From the NCBI RefSeq assembly GCF_009914755.1, contig NC_060928.1: a DNA stretch of 64,000 nt; one strand, 5' to 3'. Of this stretch, positions 14,717 to 28,304 are shown piece by piece. The notes beneath the pieces are model-generated. The model had not been told where the DNA came from and did no database searches. It was given only the letters and a program-made list of their open reading frames with translations. The DNA is from the human T2T-CHM13v2.0 reference genome, Homo sapiens. The position numbers were made by a program, and so were the translations under genes. Position 1 is the stretch's first letter; the number at the start of each line of letters is the position of its first letter.

Positions 14717-16357
14717 ACAACAATTCACAACATCCCAGGTTTTAGGCAGCAGAATCATCTGGTGGGACTCAGTCTTGATACTTTCCTGTATGTGTCTTCT
14801 TGGATTTTTCTCATTTTGGTTACAGTTGCCATCACTTCTATTACCATCCCCCTGTGCTTGTACAATCCCTTGCCCTTAGTGAGAAGGCCAACTTCTTAAA
14901 ATACTTTTTTTTTTCTCTTAAATACTAAAGCAGAGTCAAGGGGATATAAACAGATTACAAGAAACACAAAAATCCTGCTTATCAAGCGCTGTCTGTTCTG
15001 CTATCACTATTATTGAAATCTTAAGAAACTTTGAGTTTTCAGTAATCATGTACAAATAATCATTTCAGTAGGAAAAGGTAGGAATAGGGGCTGAAAGTAT
15101 TCAGATTCAAAATAACAAAGTTATTTTAAGAAGCAACACTAATGATCTTTGGCTGGAATTTCAGGTAGACTGCCAGGGAAGTTTTGGCTGGCAGGCCTGA
15201 TGCCCTTCAAATCACACCACATTACAGCCTTCACCTGTGGGTGAAGTTGATCCTGCAGGGCACCTTTGGCAGACAGAAGAGAAGCAGTGACTGGATCTTG
15301 TTCTCTGTCTGGGGAGACTCAGGCAGGAGTGCCACCCACAGGAAGTTGAGCTAAATGTATTACTCAGAGAAAGATAAAGCAATATAAACAGAAGAAAAAT
15401 ACATCCTCAAGCCAGAAGCAACAGTCAACAACATAGCTAAGAAAGTAGGGTAGAATATGGGGCAGAATAGCAATGTTAGACTGTAAATGGAAGAATGACA
15501 AATTTCACCAGTAACACAAATGTCAGAAGCTGGTTGGGATGAAGCATATAGATCAGGTCAATTGGTTCTGGACCAGGCTCCTGAACAGTGATTGGAAGCT
15601 GGCAGTTCTCTGATGTCTTGGGTGCAGACCTCATGGATTGAAGAGACCAACATTACTTAGAAAAAAAAGCAGAAAACCTGGTCTTTGTTTTGTGCAGTTC
15701 ATTTCTCACAGTTAACTTTACTGTTTAACTATGACTTGTAGAAAGCTGTAATGTATTATCACTGTTCTTCAGTACAGAAAGTAAGACAAACAAATAAATG
15801 GAAGAATTAGAATTGAACCTTGATTTTCTAAAAACTAGACACACACTGGTATTTGTTGAATATTAGCTTTTCAAAAAGATTGTCTTACTTTTTTCTTCAT
15901 CAAATCAAAGGATTTAGTAAAGTTTTATTTCTGTTAGTATCCAAAGACCTACATAAAAAGTACATTAGCCCTAAAAAGCTACTAATTAGAATTGATTAAC
16001 ATATGGAGAAACAAATTAGTTATGTAATCATGTATATTATAATGGTTAATAAATTATATAAACCTATATAGTAAGCAAATATTTTATAAACATAAAATTA
16101 TTCTTCACTCTTGAATAATTATGCAGGTCAATCTTCCAGAAATCAGTGGGAGTTTTACTTTTATTTCTAATTACTTATATTTTTAGTCTGTTTTAAATTA
16201 ACAGTTAGATTTCCATCTGTGTATCAATAATTAGGTACACAAGTTTTAGGTTAATTAGAATGATTGCCAATAGTCACATTGTTTTTGATAGCTTCCATTG
16301 TAATAATGCTTCAAGGTGATTACTGGTTCTTTAACTTGTGTAAGAAACAATACTCCT

Positions 16358-16577
16358 TTTTTTAAATTTTACTTTAAGTTCTGGGATACATGTGCAGAAC
16401 GTGCAGGTTTGTTACATAGGTATACATGTGCCATGGTGGTTTGCTGCTCCTATCAACCCGTCATCTAGGTTTTAAGCCCCACATGCATTAGGCATTTGTC
16501 CTAATGCTCTCACTCCCCTTGCCCCCAACCCCTCGATAGGCCCCGGTATGTGATGTTCCCCTCCCTGTGTCCACGTG
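16358..16577 (-). mobile_element. Short L1PA7/8 3' end
   Basis: actttaagttctgggatacatgtgcagaacgtgc...ttttaagccccacatgcattagg; TSD aagaaacaatactcct / aagaaacgatattctt. Confidence 0.9.
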
Positions 16578-17224
16578 AAGAAACGATATTCTTAAACTAC
16601 ATTAAAAACTCAGGAATCGGTTTTATGCTACATGTATACTTTTCCTGGACTATGTATTCCACTGGGAAACATTATGAAAGAACGTGGGAGTATAACTGTT
16701 TTGCTCTTCAGGGCAGTTATTATCAAAGCCTCTAAAAGCACTCTGCAATCAATTTTTATTGTCAGTCTTTTACAAAAATCCTCAAAGTCCACTAATTGGC
16801 TCGTAAAACTACATAGTAAAAGAAAAGGGGAAAATTAAGCATGGTGCATTACACATGATATCAAAAGTGGAGACCTAATCTATCACTATTAATGCATTTA
16901 GTTATTGATAGGCATGCGTCTAGAGTCACATTTTAAAGCTTTGGTCCTTATATTGTCACAGACTCACTGGCAGCCATGGCAGTGGTGTTGCTGCCACCGT
17001 CTCCTCTGTCTCGATGTTCTGTCATGGAAATCAGGGATACTAACACTGAGTAACTCTGAGAGAAAACCATTTACAAAGAAATTTGAAATTCTGAGAATAA
17101 TCAACAATCTTTTTTAACAAAAGTGCTGGCAGTTATATATTGGAATATTTACATGATAGTAGATGTTCTGAGTGGATGTGGAACAGGGGAGGTTTTAGGA
17201 GGGCGAGGTAAAAAAAGAATCAGA

Positions 17225-17518
17225 GGCTGGGAGTGGTGGCTCATGCCTGTAATCCCAGCAATTTGGGAGGCCGAGGGGGTTGGAACACCTGAGGTCAGGA
17301 GTTTGAGACCAGCCTGGCCAACATGGCAAAACCCTGTCTCTACTAAAAATACAAAAATTAGTTGGGCATGGTGGCACGTGCCTGTAGTCTCAGCTACTCA
17401 GTAGGCTGAGGCAGGAGAATCACTTGAACCTGGGAGGCGGAGGTTGCAGTGAGCCAAGATCATGGCACTGCACTGTAGCCTAGGTGACAGAGCGAGACTC
17501 CGTCTCAAAACAAACAAA
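17225..17518 (+). mobile_element. AluSx-like
   Basis: Full Alu with short tail; TSD core aatcaga on both sides. Confidence 0.95.
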
Positions 17519-19329
17519 TAATCAGAAAAATAAAAACATTAATGAAATCCTGGCAAAAAAGGCAACAACTGGGCACCCTTTAATATGGTCACACAGTACA
17601 TATTTGTGTTGTGTCTATTAAATAAGTTTACTTTTAAAGTCCTTTTGTTGAAACACAGTAGGTAGCTGGAATTATCTACTCTTGGTTATTGAAATCAATG
17701 TATTTGTGTGTCAAACACATCATTTTGGCAAGTGATAATAGTATCTATTTATAACAACTTTTCATTTTTATTAATACATTCTGAGATATCAGTATATTTA
17801 CTGTTCAGATTATTTGGCTAGAATTACCCTTAGTTGTGTCTGAACTTTCCTAAAAATAATACCCATCTTATCCGTTTTTGCATTTGAAAATTAAACTGCT
17901 GGTGGTACATAAGTTTATTTTCTACAATGACAACAGTTAATGTCCTTCTAAGTTAATATATGAAGGACCTTTTCTATCTCAATAAGTAACATCCTTGGTT
18001 CCAAATTAGCCATTTTAATTCCACTGCCACATTGTTTCTTAGAAATCATAACATGTTTTTGGAAAATTTAATTTCACTTATTATGTGACTGGCTGGCCAT
18101 CCAGGCATATATTCTGGAGGAAGACTTTTAAAATAAAGCCATTCTTAACAGCCAAAATGTAGAAAATAGTCCTATTTTCTAGGTATCTATAGATGAAGGA
18201 AAGAGTATCTTCTCATACTGTGTTCTAGGGCCCTATACCTGAAATTGAGTCTTTACAGGAAGATAAAGTCAGCTGCAGCCCTACTAGCTGAACTGAGTGC
18301 AGATACAGATTGGTGTAATAACTGTCCAGAAGCTCCTATCCACAGGCTGAAATTTATCCAAGCCAGATATATAAGATAGTCTTATTCAAAAATTATCTTC
18401 CTATTTGATGACTAGTATTTCCATTTCCTGTTTATTTCAATTAGCTGCATGTAAAGCAGTTCTTTCTGCAACTGTCGATATTAGATCCTGGAAGGTAATT
18501 AATTCCATAATCTAGTTGTCCATATCTTCCATCTGTAAGGTGTATGTGTTGTGTTCTTGCATGTCTGAATGGTGGCTTTGAACTGTATCCTTGCATTTAT
18601 TTTTGCATCTCTATGGGATTGTGGTGTGTGTGTGCATTGCGTGTGTGTATGTATGTCTGTATCCTATAATACAGCAACCTGTGGTCTGTTCATGTCAAAT
18701 CCTTGAAAAGTTTGGAAAAAGAAAATGAAGAAGACAGGTGGGAATAAAAGCTAGTGTAATAGGTAAGAGCTGGGAAGTATATACATATTCAGTATATTTC
18801 AGCTATGAATTCACAGATTACTTGAGACTTTATGTTCTTTATGACAATGTGTTGCATTCTGAGGAGATGGGGCATAGTCGCTACAGTGGTGTGATGCTGG
18901 GAGAATGGTTGGGAGCAGAAATGATGATAATGAGCCACTCATCAAGATTTTTATGCCAGAATGGCCAATCGCAATAGAAAACACTCTCAGACTATAGCTG
19001 GCCTGTGGTTTCTTCTGACTACTTTCTATAGTTTCCTTGAGGCACTAAGTGCTTTGTTATGGGTATCAGTGGACTCTGAGAAGTCTATTAGAAATAAATG
19101 TAGATACAGTTGGTGTTCAGTTTCAACAACATTCTCTGATTTTAAATTCCTTTGGGTAGCCTTTTTAAAAATATCAAATGATTAATTTTATAAAACTTCG
19201 TTGTTTATAAGTGTATCTATAATTACAAAATTATATTTTAAACTTTGGGTAGTCTTTTAAAGACTATCAAATGATTGTTATAAAATTGTTTTCGTAATTT
19301 TATATATTTGTATTATAAAACTTGCATTT

Positions 19330-20073
19330 TTTTCATCATTAAATCTTTACTAAGTGGAACCTGGTAGGTTCCAGGTGCTGTTATTGATTCCTAGCATATA
19401 GTAGTGATCACTAGGCAGACGTTATCTTTACTACATAGAGTCTGCATTCCAACAAATGAACTTGACCAGTATGTGACTAGTATGACGCAGTGGATCATAT
19501 AAAGATGTAATGAGGATTGACTTGGTTACTTTGGCCTGGGAGTTTAGTATATGCCCTAAGGTATCTTTGACATCCTGATATCAGAAGGACAAAAAGGAGC
19601 CAGCTATTCAAACACTGGGGCAGGGAAGGAGAGATGGCATTCTAGGCCAAGAAAACATGACCAAGCATAATAGATTCTGGGAAGAGAAAGAAAACAGCAT
19701 GGCCATCAGGTAGAGTGGGATTGAGGTAGCGTGAAGTAAGAGATAAGACCAGAAAAATAGCCAGGGTGAGAAGAAATGTAGGGCTTCATAAGCCAAGGGA
19801 ATGATTTTGGATTTTATTCTAACTGCAGTGGAAGTCAATGAGGATTTAAACGGGAGAGTGACACGATCTGATATGCATTTTTAAATGAAATTCTCTGGCT
19901 ACTGTGTGGAGTCTGGATTAAGGAAGGCAGCAAAAGGGAAAGTAAAGAAGCCATTTAGGAGGCTATTATAGTTGTCCAGGCAAAAAAATAGTGGCTGGGT
20001 GCATTGAGATGAAATTAGTAAAAATGGAAAGCAGTGAATGGATTTTATATATACATATATATAGAGAGAGAAG

Positions 20074-20111
<38 letters not shown>

Positions 20112-20800
20112 CTTCAATACATATATATATATATATATATAACTTCAATACATATATATATATATATGTTGAGAAAGCTAAACTAGCTGGTGGATTAGAT
20201 GTGCAGTGTGAGGCAAAGGGGGAGAGGTTATAAATTAGAAGAGGTGTGGGCCCAGGATTAAGCTCTGGAACATTCAAACATGTAGAAGTTTAGCCAAGGT
20301 GGTGGAATTAAAAAGTTACACTAATAAGAACAGGTAGTATGAGTGCAGTATGAGTGTGGTATTATGGAAGCTAAGAGAAGAAGGTATTTTATGAATGACC
20401 AGCAAGCTGTGCTTCATGCCACTGAAAGGTCAAGTACATTACAAGTAGAGCCACATCCCTATGATTTGAAAACAAGAAAGTAATTGGCGACCTAGAAAAA
20501 AAACAATCTTAGTCAAGTGGTGGCCGAAAATTTTGGTTGGAGAAAGCTTAGAAGAGAACAGGGAAATGAGGAAGGGGTGATGATAAATATAGATTACTCT
20601 TTCAATAAGCTTTTTTAATAAGGTGAAAGTAAAAATGACAATAATTGAAACAAAACATGGGGTCAAAGGAGCTCACTTGTTTTAAAGACATGAGATTCTA
20701 AAATGTGCTTGTATGCCGTTGGGGTGACCCAGAGTGGGAGAAATGGACAAAGCTAGGGAGAATGTGACTAACAGCAGGATGAAATCCTTGAGAAGGTGAG
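19330..20800 (-). mobile_element. L2 fragments
   Basis: Purine-rich antisense L2 motifs (ggattttattctaactgcagtggaag, ttaggaggctattatagttgtccagg). Confidence 0.65.
20046..20168. repeat. Compound (TA)n repeat
   Basis: (TA)18 plus two (AT)n blocks separated by aacttcaatac. Confidence 0.95.
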
Positions 20801-21388
20801 AGAGGATGATATCCAGAGAATTGGAGGACATAGGTTGCATATGATAGGAATATTATATTCATCATAACAAAGGACAAGATTAATACCTAAGAACAAGTGT
20901 AGATAGGGTTGTATTGTGTGGGTAGGTAGGGGTGGGGGTGGAGTGATGCTGAAGGGAATGAGGAGTAAGAGAGAAGGAAGATGACAATTTTGAATAGGAA
21001 AAAAGGTGTAAAATAGACTTAAAAAAAAGAAAACAAACCACTAAGACAGTATGTTGGTATTGCCAAGTATGTTGAGACTCGTGGTCATGAATTAGTTTAG
21101 TAAAATCCTGTGCTTTGTTCCAGAAAACTGCACGATATGACAAAATTCCACTGTTTTCCTCTCTTCTGAGTGATTTCCTGTAGGCTAAATCTGAACAGTT
21201 ATTGAAAGTTTAAGTTAGAATATTATCACAGAATTTTGAAGCTAGATGTGCCCTCAGAGCCCATCCAGTCCTAACTCATTGTTTTCCAGAATAAAAAATT
21301 ATTTCCTATTGATTTCTTAAAACACATCATTCTTGCATTCTATGGTATAGAATCAACTTTTTTCTCATATATTTTCCACTCTGTACAC

Positions 21389-21612
21389 CAAGCTTGTCAA
21401 ACCCGCAGCCCGTGTGCCATGTGCAGCCCAGGACGGCTTTAAATGCAGTCCAATATACATTCATAAGCTTTCTTAAAACAATATAAGATTTCTTTTTTTG
21501 CGATTTTTCTTTAGCTCATCAGCCATTGTTAGTGTTAGTGTATTTTATGTGTGGCCCAAGATAATTCTTCTTCCAATGTGGCCCAGGGAAGCCAAAAGAT
21601 TGGATACCCCAG
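21389..21612. mobile_element. MER30 (hAT-Charlie)
   Basis: caagcttgtcaaacccgcagccc...agccaaaagattggatacccc; 8-bp TSD ctgtacac / cagtacac. Confidence 0.88.
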
Positions 21613-21623
21613 CAGTACACTGT

Positions 21624-21627
<4 letters not shown>

Positions 21628-21655
<28 letters not shown>
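21628..21655. repeat. (TA)n microsatellite
   Basis: Perfect AT run. Confidence 0.95.
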
Positions 21656-21658
<3 letters not shown>

Positions 21659-23276
21659 ATCATTGCTCCTGTAAATTTTTATTTTTCTCACTTATTTACA
21701 CATTTATATCTACAATTTACTTAGTTCATCTTCTTCCTTTCCTTCATTCAGCCAACTACCAGTTCAGGTCCTCCTTCTGTCTTCCCCAAATGATAATATC
21801 CTTGAAGATTTAAAGAATCAGGTGTTATTTTTTGGTTGCACTCTCAAAGCCTAGCACAGTTCCTGACTCTTTGGTGACTTTACCTTACTGAGGTAATTTA
21901 CATTACTGATTACTGAGGTAAATAAGTTTTACTTTTGTTTCAATAAGTGAGATTGAGTAGGAAAGATGGATCAAAACATTTTTATTGTGATTAATGAATC
22001 TGTAGCCAAAGAATATTTGATATCCTAGAGAAGTAGAGCTGAGCATGAGTTGAATTAGCTCTTAATGGAATTGGCACCACTTCCTTTAATGCTTCTCTTA
22101 GAAAGTCTAGTGATTTTTTTTCCCTTTCTATATCTGCTTAGTTGTGACTGGAGTTGTATTATTACCATGGCTGCAGAAATCTTGAGTACCTGACGAGCTT
22201 TGATATTGTACTCAGAAGCTAGAAAGAAGATGTTAGTTTAAAATAGATCAAGCTCTTAGGAATTCTATAGAGATTATCATGTAATTTAGAAGAGCTAAAT
22301 ATATTTCTCAGAGAGGCAGCCTATTTCCACCTCATCTCTGGGGTTTTAACGATGTCTCCTTTTATTTTCTTCTAAGGTTTTATCTGAATTTCTTTTTTAC
22401 CCTCAAGTCAGTGCCTCATTATTTGAGTTTATTATGTACCAGGAAGGTTTCATTAAAAACCAACCATGTCATTGTATTTCTTATTTTGAGCAGGTAAAAG
22501 TTTGATCTAAAATGAAAATCTTCTGACTTTTGCTTCAGGGTAAAAAGTGTGCAATAAACTTGAAATCAGTCTCTGGCTATAAAATTCTTTCCCCAAAGCT
22601 TTCTTAAGTACATCTCCCCTGCAGCTACTCCTAATTTCAACCTCCCCTTTTCTTCTGTCTCCTGACCTAAGATGTCTTCCTACCTCCCCTCCAGTCATTT
22701 ACTGCTGTCAGAATAATCTTTAAAACTATAGTTCTGATGATCACGTCTTTGCAAACACTTCTTTTGGCTTTCTTTTGCTTGGAGAGTATGATTAAAGCTT
22801 CTTAAATAGACAGACCACAGCGTGGTCTACTTTTAACTTGCCCTTCCATTTTTCTGCCCTCTTGCATATGTCCTGCACTTTAAATAAATTTCTCTTATCA
22901 CCCTTCCCTGAACATACCTCTCGTTTTCTCACCTTGAAACTTTAGCACATGAGACTCAGTCACATGGACATTTATTCAGAGTCCCAGCTCCCCATCTCAG
23001 TACTTCATATTCAGCACAAAGGCCATGTCATCACATTTTCATGACAACTTCCAGTTGGAAGTAATTTTTCACTCATCTGAATTTGCATAGTGCTTCAAAA
23101 TATCTCTTTATCAAAAAGAATTCTGACTTGTGCTGTTATTACATTGGTATTGCTAAGTGCCTTTCTAAAATGTAGGTGCTAAAATTTAGGTTGTTTTTCT
23201 TGATAGTCCTCATACGGATTGTAATGCCTTTCACCTTGTTTCCAAAATGAATCACTGAAATATATAGAAAAAGCAT

Positions 23277-25150
23277 TTTATTCAGCAAATACTTTTGAGG
23301 GATCATTATGTTCCAGGTACTACGTTAGATGCTGAGGATATAGTGGTGAAGAGGGTTGACATAGTCTTTGCCTTTATGTTCATAGATTCTAATAAGCAGT
23401 ATAGACATTTGTCAAATACTTTATAATAATCAAGATATTGCAACAAATGATAAGTGCATTAGAAAGTGCTCTGGGAACACAGGAGACTACTATATCTTGA
23501 TCTCTATACCGAGATCTATAATAGGGAGCTAATAGGTAAATGGAAAAAGTGTGTACTGTGAAAGAATGTCCTAGGCAGAGGGAACAGCATGTTTGAGACC
23601 CAGCAGCAAAAGAAGTGGAGGCTCCTTTCAAAACTGAAAAAAGTCTGGTGTGGCTGGAACATGTAACGTGTGCAGTAGAGGGTATCAGATGAAGGTCAGG
23701 ATGTGGAATGTCTTGTAAGCCATGTCAAAAAGACAAAACAAAACTGTACTTTATCCTAAGGGTAATGGGGAGCCAAAGAAGGTTTTTAAAAGAGGCCTGG
23801 TGAGATCCGTGTTTTTAAGCAAACACTAACTACATTTTGAAGAGTGGAATGGAAAGAGGCCAGAAGAGTATAGGGAAACCAGAAAAGATTATATTCTTGG
23901 AGTTTAGGTACCAGACTTTGGCTTAGGCAAGGAACCCATGTCAATTAGGTTGGAGAGAAATTTAAGCCTTCAAGAGAAGTAATTGAGAGATGGAAATAAC
24001 AGGCCTTACATTTCAGGGGTGACGGAGAAGTAAGGTTCAAGACTGTCTTCCATGTTTCTCACATGAACAACTGAGAGGAGAGGAACCTGTGTGTTGAAAG
24101 AGGGAACACTGGAGGAGGAACAAATTAGGAGGCACAAAAAGAGGAAAATTTTCATTTATACATGTTATACATCCAGTGGCATCTGCTAGGCAGTTAGATA
24201 TGTGATTGGAAGAGTGACCTAGTTAATTATATAGATAGAGGAACCATATGCATGTAAGGCAGTAAGTAAAGCAATAAGTGTGGGTGAGAGCTCCAAGTAA
24301 CAAAAGTGTAGAGTCAGCAAAGGGTCTAGGAGAGAACCCTGAGACTCTCCAATCTTTTAAAAGCTAGGTAAGGAGAAAAGGGGCTAGCAAAGAGAACTGA
24401 GAAGAAACAGCTAATGGAAAACCAACGAACCAACCAAACAACCAACTAACCAACCTCAGTGCAAAGTAATGTGACAGAAGCTAAAAGAGAATCTCGAAGA
24501 GAAGAGAGTGGTCACAGGGTCAAATGCTGCTAAATGTCAAGCAGTCTGAGGACAGAAAAAATGTCTATTGGGCCTAATGGCAAAGATGTCATAATTGACT
24601 TTGGTGAAAATCGTGGAGCAGTGCGTAAAAACAGACTGGAATATGTTGGGCAGAAAGTGGAAGGTAAGGAAATGGAGACAGTGATTGTAGACAGCTCTTT
24701 CCAAAAGTTTTGCTGTAAAGGGCAGGAAAGCCTATAGCTAACATTGTCTGTGGAGGTGAGGGTGATTTTTGGGATCATTTGCTTATTTTTAAAATGGGAA
24801 AGGAGCTGGGGTGGGGAGGGAGAGAAGAGATAAATTAACAACAAAGAAGAGAGGGAATAATTAAAATGAGAAACCCTGGGAAGACAGAAGGAGATTGAAC
24901 CTGTGTAGTGAAGGTATGGAAGGAGGTAAATCTCTTCCTTTACACAATGGAAGAAGTAAAACGTTGATATGAATGTGAATAAGCTTGTATACAGCATTTG
25001 ACTGTGGGAAATCTATTGTGATAACTTACTTCTTTTGGGTATAAGAGTTAAGTTTATCTGCTTTGAGAAAGGATGATATAAGATTAAGGAGAGAGGAGAA
25101 AGTGGAAAAAGCCATAGTAGAAGGTAAGAGTGAACTGAAGAAAAAGATAA
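23277..25150 (-). mobile_element. L2, long antisense fragment
   Basis: Begins tttattcagcaaatacttttgag...tatgttccaggtactacgttagatgctgaggatatagtggtgaa, then typical purine-rich L2 body. Confidence 0.75.
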
Positions 25151-26805
25151 CATAGATTGTAGGGCAATGCTGGGCACCTGCTTGCAACTGGCAGCTCCAC
25201 ATTTATTGTGGTGGCCGTCTATTCACAGGTGCTATGTTCTGATTGTTTGCCCACTCAGGGGGAGTGGAGTTTTAGGGTAGAGGCTGATTTCCATGTAGCC
25301 AAAAAGCTTGAGGGAATTTTCAGTGAGGTTTTTGGTAATGCCTTATAGAGCCACAGAGAGCCCAAGTTTTTCTCTGTTCCAAAGTGGTGGTTGTGGTGAT
25401 CATACCCATCATCTATCCCATAGCACAGTAGTAGTTTTCAATCTTTATTAGCTGCAGACATCTGTCAACCCCAGTCCTGGGAGGAATTCCATCTTATACT
25501 TGTATTTCTCTCTTCTGAAATTTTCCTTTCACACTGTCAATGACAAGGCAGGAGCAAACTCCCGGATTATGACACATGAACACATTGTGTCTCCAGGACA
25601 GAGAAGCAGTGGAACCAGAACTCCAGCATCCTAGAATAACTGAGACTGTGAGGAAGTCCAGCGATCTCATCACGAGAAATAGCTCAAGTAAATTTAGTAT
25701 CACCATTGTTTCTAAGTGCAAAAAAGCTCTCCTTGGCTGATGATTAAGCAATAGCCCTCATCTGCAGTCATAGTTAACAAGCAGCTAGGCAACACCAGAC
25801 ACAAATCTCTTGTCCTATTAGAGTAAGTATATGTTTTTTTCCTACAATATGATAACATATTAATAGAACGTCTTAATAGAGCCTCAAGTTCTTATTAACA
25901 TAAGCAAAACATTCCCTTCCTGTCATGTCAACAAACCAAAGTATGTTTTCCTTTCACTGTGTCAGCTATCATAGTATATTGCCAAATATTTTGGAATATA
26001 AAAGTGTAGAGCTTAATTTGAAACTTTTTAATATACTTCCACCAAGTAAGTACCTTAAATCTGGCATATATTTTGTTATTCTTACATAACATATGTTTCC
26101 TCTTTCCTACATCTTGGGGTTTTATTATGAATATACTAATCCTTCTTTGTCCTTTTGCAAAGAATGGAATTTCTGGGATCGGTGCTAAATTCCAGGTTTC
26201 AGTCTTTAAAAATCTTGGACTTGAAGTAGGAATGCATGTTATCCAAAATAAAGTATTTCTTGATCATAACAAAAGCCTTGCAATGAAAAGAGAAGCTTGC
26301 CGAAACTTACTAATTTCTTTGTTGCCACCCTTTCATTTCTCAGGCACAGGTCTGAAAGTGGTTCTGAAGTTAAATTGAAAGTTTAGAAAAGGACAATTGA
26401 GTTATACGCACTATTAATTCTAGCCTTACTGTGAGGAACAAGGATAAGTTTATGAATTTTCTTGATATTAATAGAGAAGCTGATTTGCTGAAAATCAGCC
26501 TCAGTGTTTTGAGTTAGAAGACATTTCTAGACTCATTGACTGAAAATAATTTCATGATTGTTTAAATTTAGATGCTGTAGAGATTACTTCATCAAAGAGA
26601 TGTTGACCAAATGGCAAATTTAATGAGGTTTCTCTAAAAAATGCACAATCACAATTGATATAATAGAACAATATATAGCCAAACCATGACCTCACATTTT
26701 ACTAACATATAGGTCCTTTTCATTAAAGTGCTCTAGTTTAATAAACCCAAACATTCTCTAGATGCTTTACTGTTTCTTAAAAGTGATGAAATCTTGATAT
26801 AGGAG

Positions 26806-26988
26806 GATTCTTCTGCCTCAGCTTCCTGAGTAGCTGGGATTACAGGCGCCCACCATCATGCCTAGCTAATTTTTGTAATTTTAGTAGAGACGGAATTTCA
26901 CCATGTTGGCCAGTCTGGTCTTGAACTCCTGACCTCGTGATCCACCCACCTCGGCCTCCCAAAGTGCTGGGAGTCACTGTACCTGGCC
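26806..26988 (-). mobile_element. AluS fragment lacking its 3' end and tail
   Basis: Left arm plus part of the right arm only. Confidence 0.9.
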
Positions 26989-28159
26989 TATTATTACTTT
27001 TGATGGGTTACCAGTGTCCAAGGTTTTATCTCCTTTTTGTTTTCCCAAATTCAATAATTAAATTGCATTCAAAAATAAGGCCCAAAATATCTTTAAAAAC
27101 ATGTCAGAATACATTCATTAAACAAACAAAAAAACAAGTTAGTAGCATCCTAAATATTGTGTCTATATCACTTAAAATTTGCAAGTCATGACATCCTAAT
27201 TTTTAAGATGAACTTTTTAAATTAGGAAAGCTAACTGAAATGAAGTATCTTACCAGATGTTTTCATTAAAATTTTGTTAGCAAATCTGTGAAAATCTTCA
27301 AGATGAATTAGAAACGTACTTACAGAGCAACAATTAAAGGCTTAGCATTGTATTATATGCTAATTCCCAAGGATGGTTTGTAAAATATTAAAATCCAAAG
27401 ATTGGTTCTGAACATATTTTGCCAGCTGTTGTGTTGGATTACTTTAAATTCATATTTTAAAAACACAATACTGTTCTGAAGAAAACAAAAAATCTTTAGT
27501 GAAAGACTTTATTTAATAAGATTTCACAGATATTTTATTCTTTAAAAAGGGCAGCTTCAACACAGCAAAATTTTTCACTGTGCTAAAATAGTAAAATAAG
27601 TGCAAGAACTTGGTGCCAAAAAAGGTCTGCAAAGACATTTTTTTGACTGAGTTTCTTTCCTTTGGGAATTTCATAAATTGCTTCTTGTACACAAACATTA
27701 GCAATAATTTACCTTTGTTATAACTTTAAAAATAATTTAACAAAATCATTATTTTATTATTGTCGTTGTCACAACACCATTTGATATACTTGTTTTTGAG
27801 ACAGTCTTTTTGCAAAATGTCTCGGTATTTTTGTCTTGCATAACATTGTTTTAGAATGCAATTGGGAGCTAATTCCTAATATTTTGTCTAAGTATGTAGG
27901 CAGTGTCATACTTTTTAACTTTGGATTGCAGTTTGCACCTCTCTGGTTGCTCAACAGTTCACTGAAGCCTGAGTCGGTGGATGGGTATCCGACCTGAACT
28001 TGGGTGGGTAATTCCAGAAAGTTTTCACAGGAGTGAGGCAGAAGACAGAAACTGCAACAAACCGCCGGGGGGTGGGATTAACGTCCAAAGCTCACACCGG
28101 CTTCAACTGATTGGCAGGAACGAAGTGGGTGGAGCCTCCTGACCCTGCCCTCCTGCTTC

Positions 28160-28173
28160 CGTTGCTAGGGACG
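28160..28173. promoter_or_regulatory. RFX X-box-like motif
   Basis: CGTTGCTAGGGACG (reverse strand contains CCTAGCAAC), 20 nt upstream of the ATG of a cilia/flagella gene. Confidence 0.6.
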
Positions 28174-28193
28174 CTTCGGCCGAGGATACCGCA

Positions 28194-28304
28194 ATGGATC
28201 AGGAAGAGGGGCTGAAGGCCTTGGACAATATTGTCACTCAATTCAACGCCTATGAAGATTTCCTGGACTCGCAGATCACTACTGTGGACTTGTACTACCT
28301 GGAG
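28194..28304 (+). CDS. CFAP299: Cilia- and flagella-associated protein 299, coding exon 1
   Basis: gcaATGG start; MDQEEGLKALDNIVTQFNAYEDFLDSQITTVDLYYLE; donor GAG|gtaagg in phase 0, joins exon 2 in frame. Confidence 0.95.

Noticed and set aside
15150-15660. GC-richer non-Alu/L1 stretch (also 18200-18720 and 25400-25800)
   Set aside because: Possibly old LTR or enhancer sequence, but no recognisable termini, peptide match or splice structure.
20070-20150. GAAGTTAT and ATAACTTC resemble loxP arm ends
   Set aside because: Only 8 of 13 arm bases match and the arrangement is wrong; explained by TA-repeat fold-back.
24530-24997. 155-aa minus-strand ORF
   Set aside because: Lies in decayed L2 sequence with no splice or gene context.
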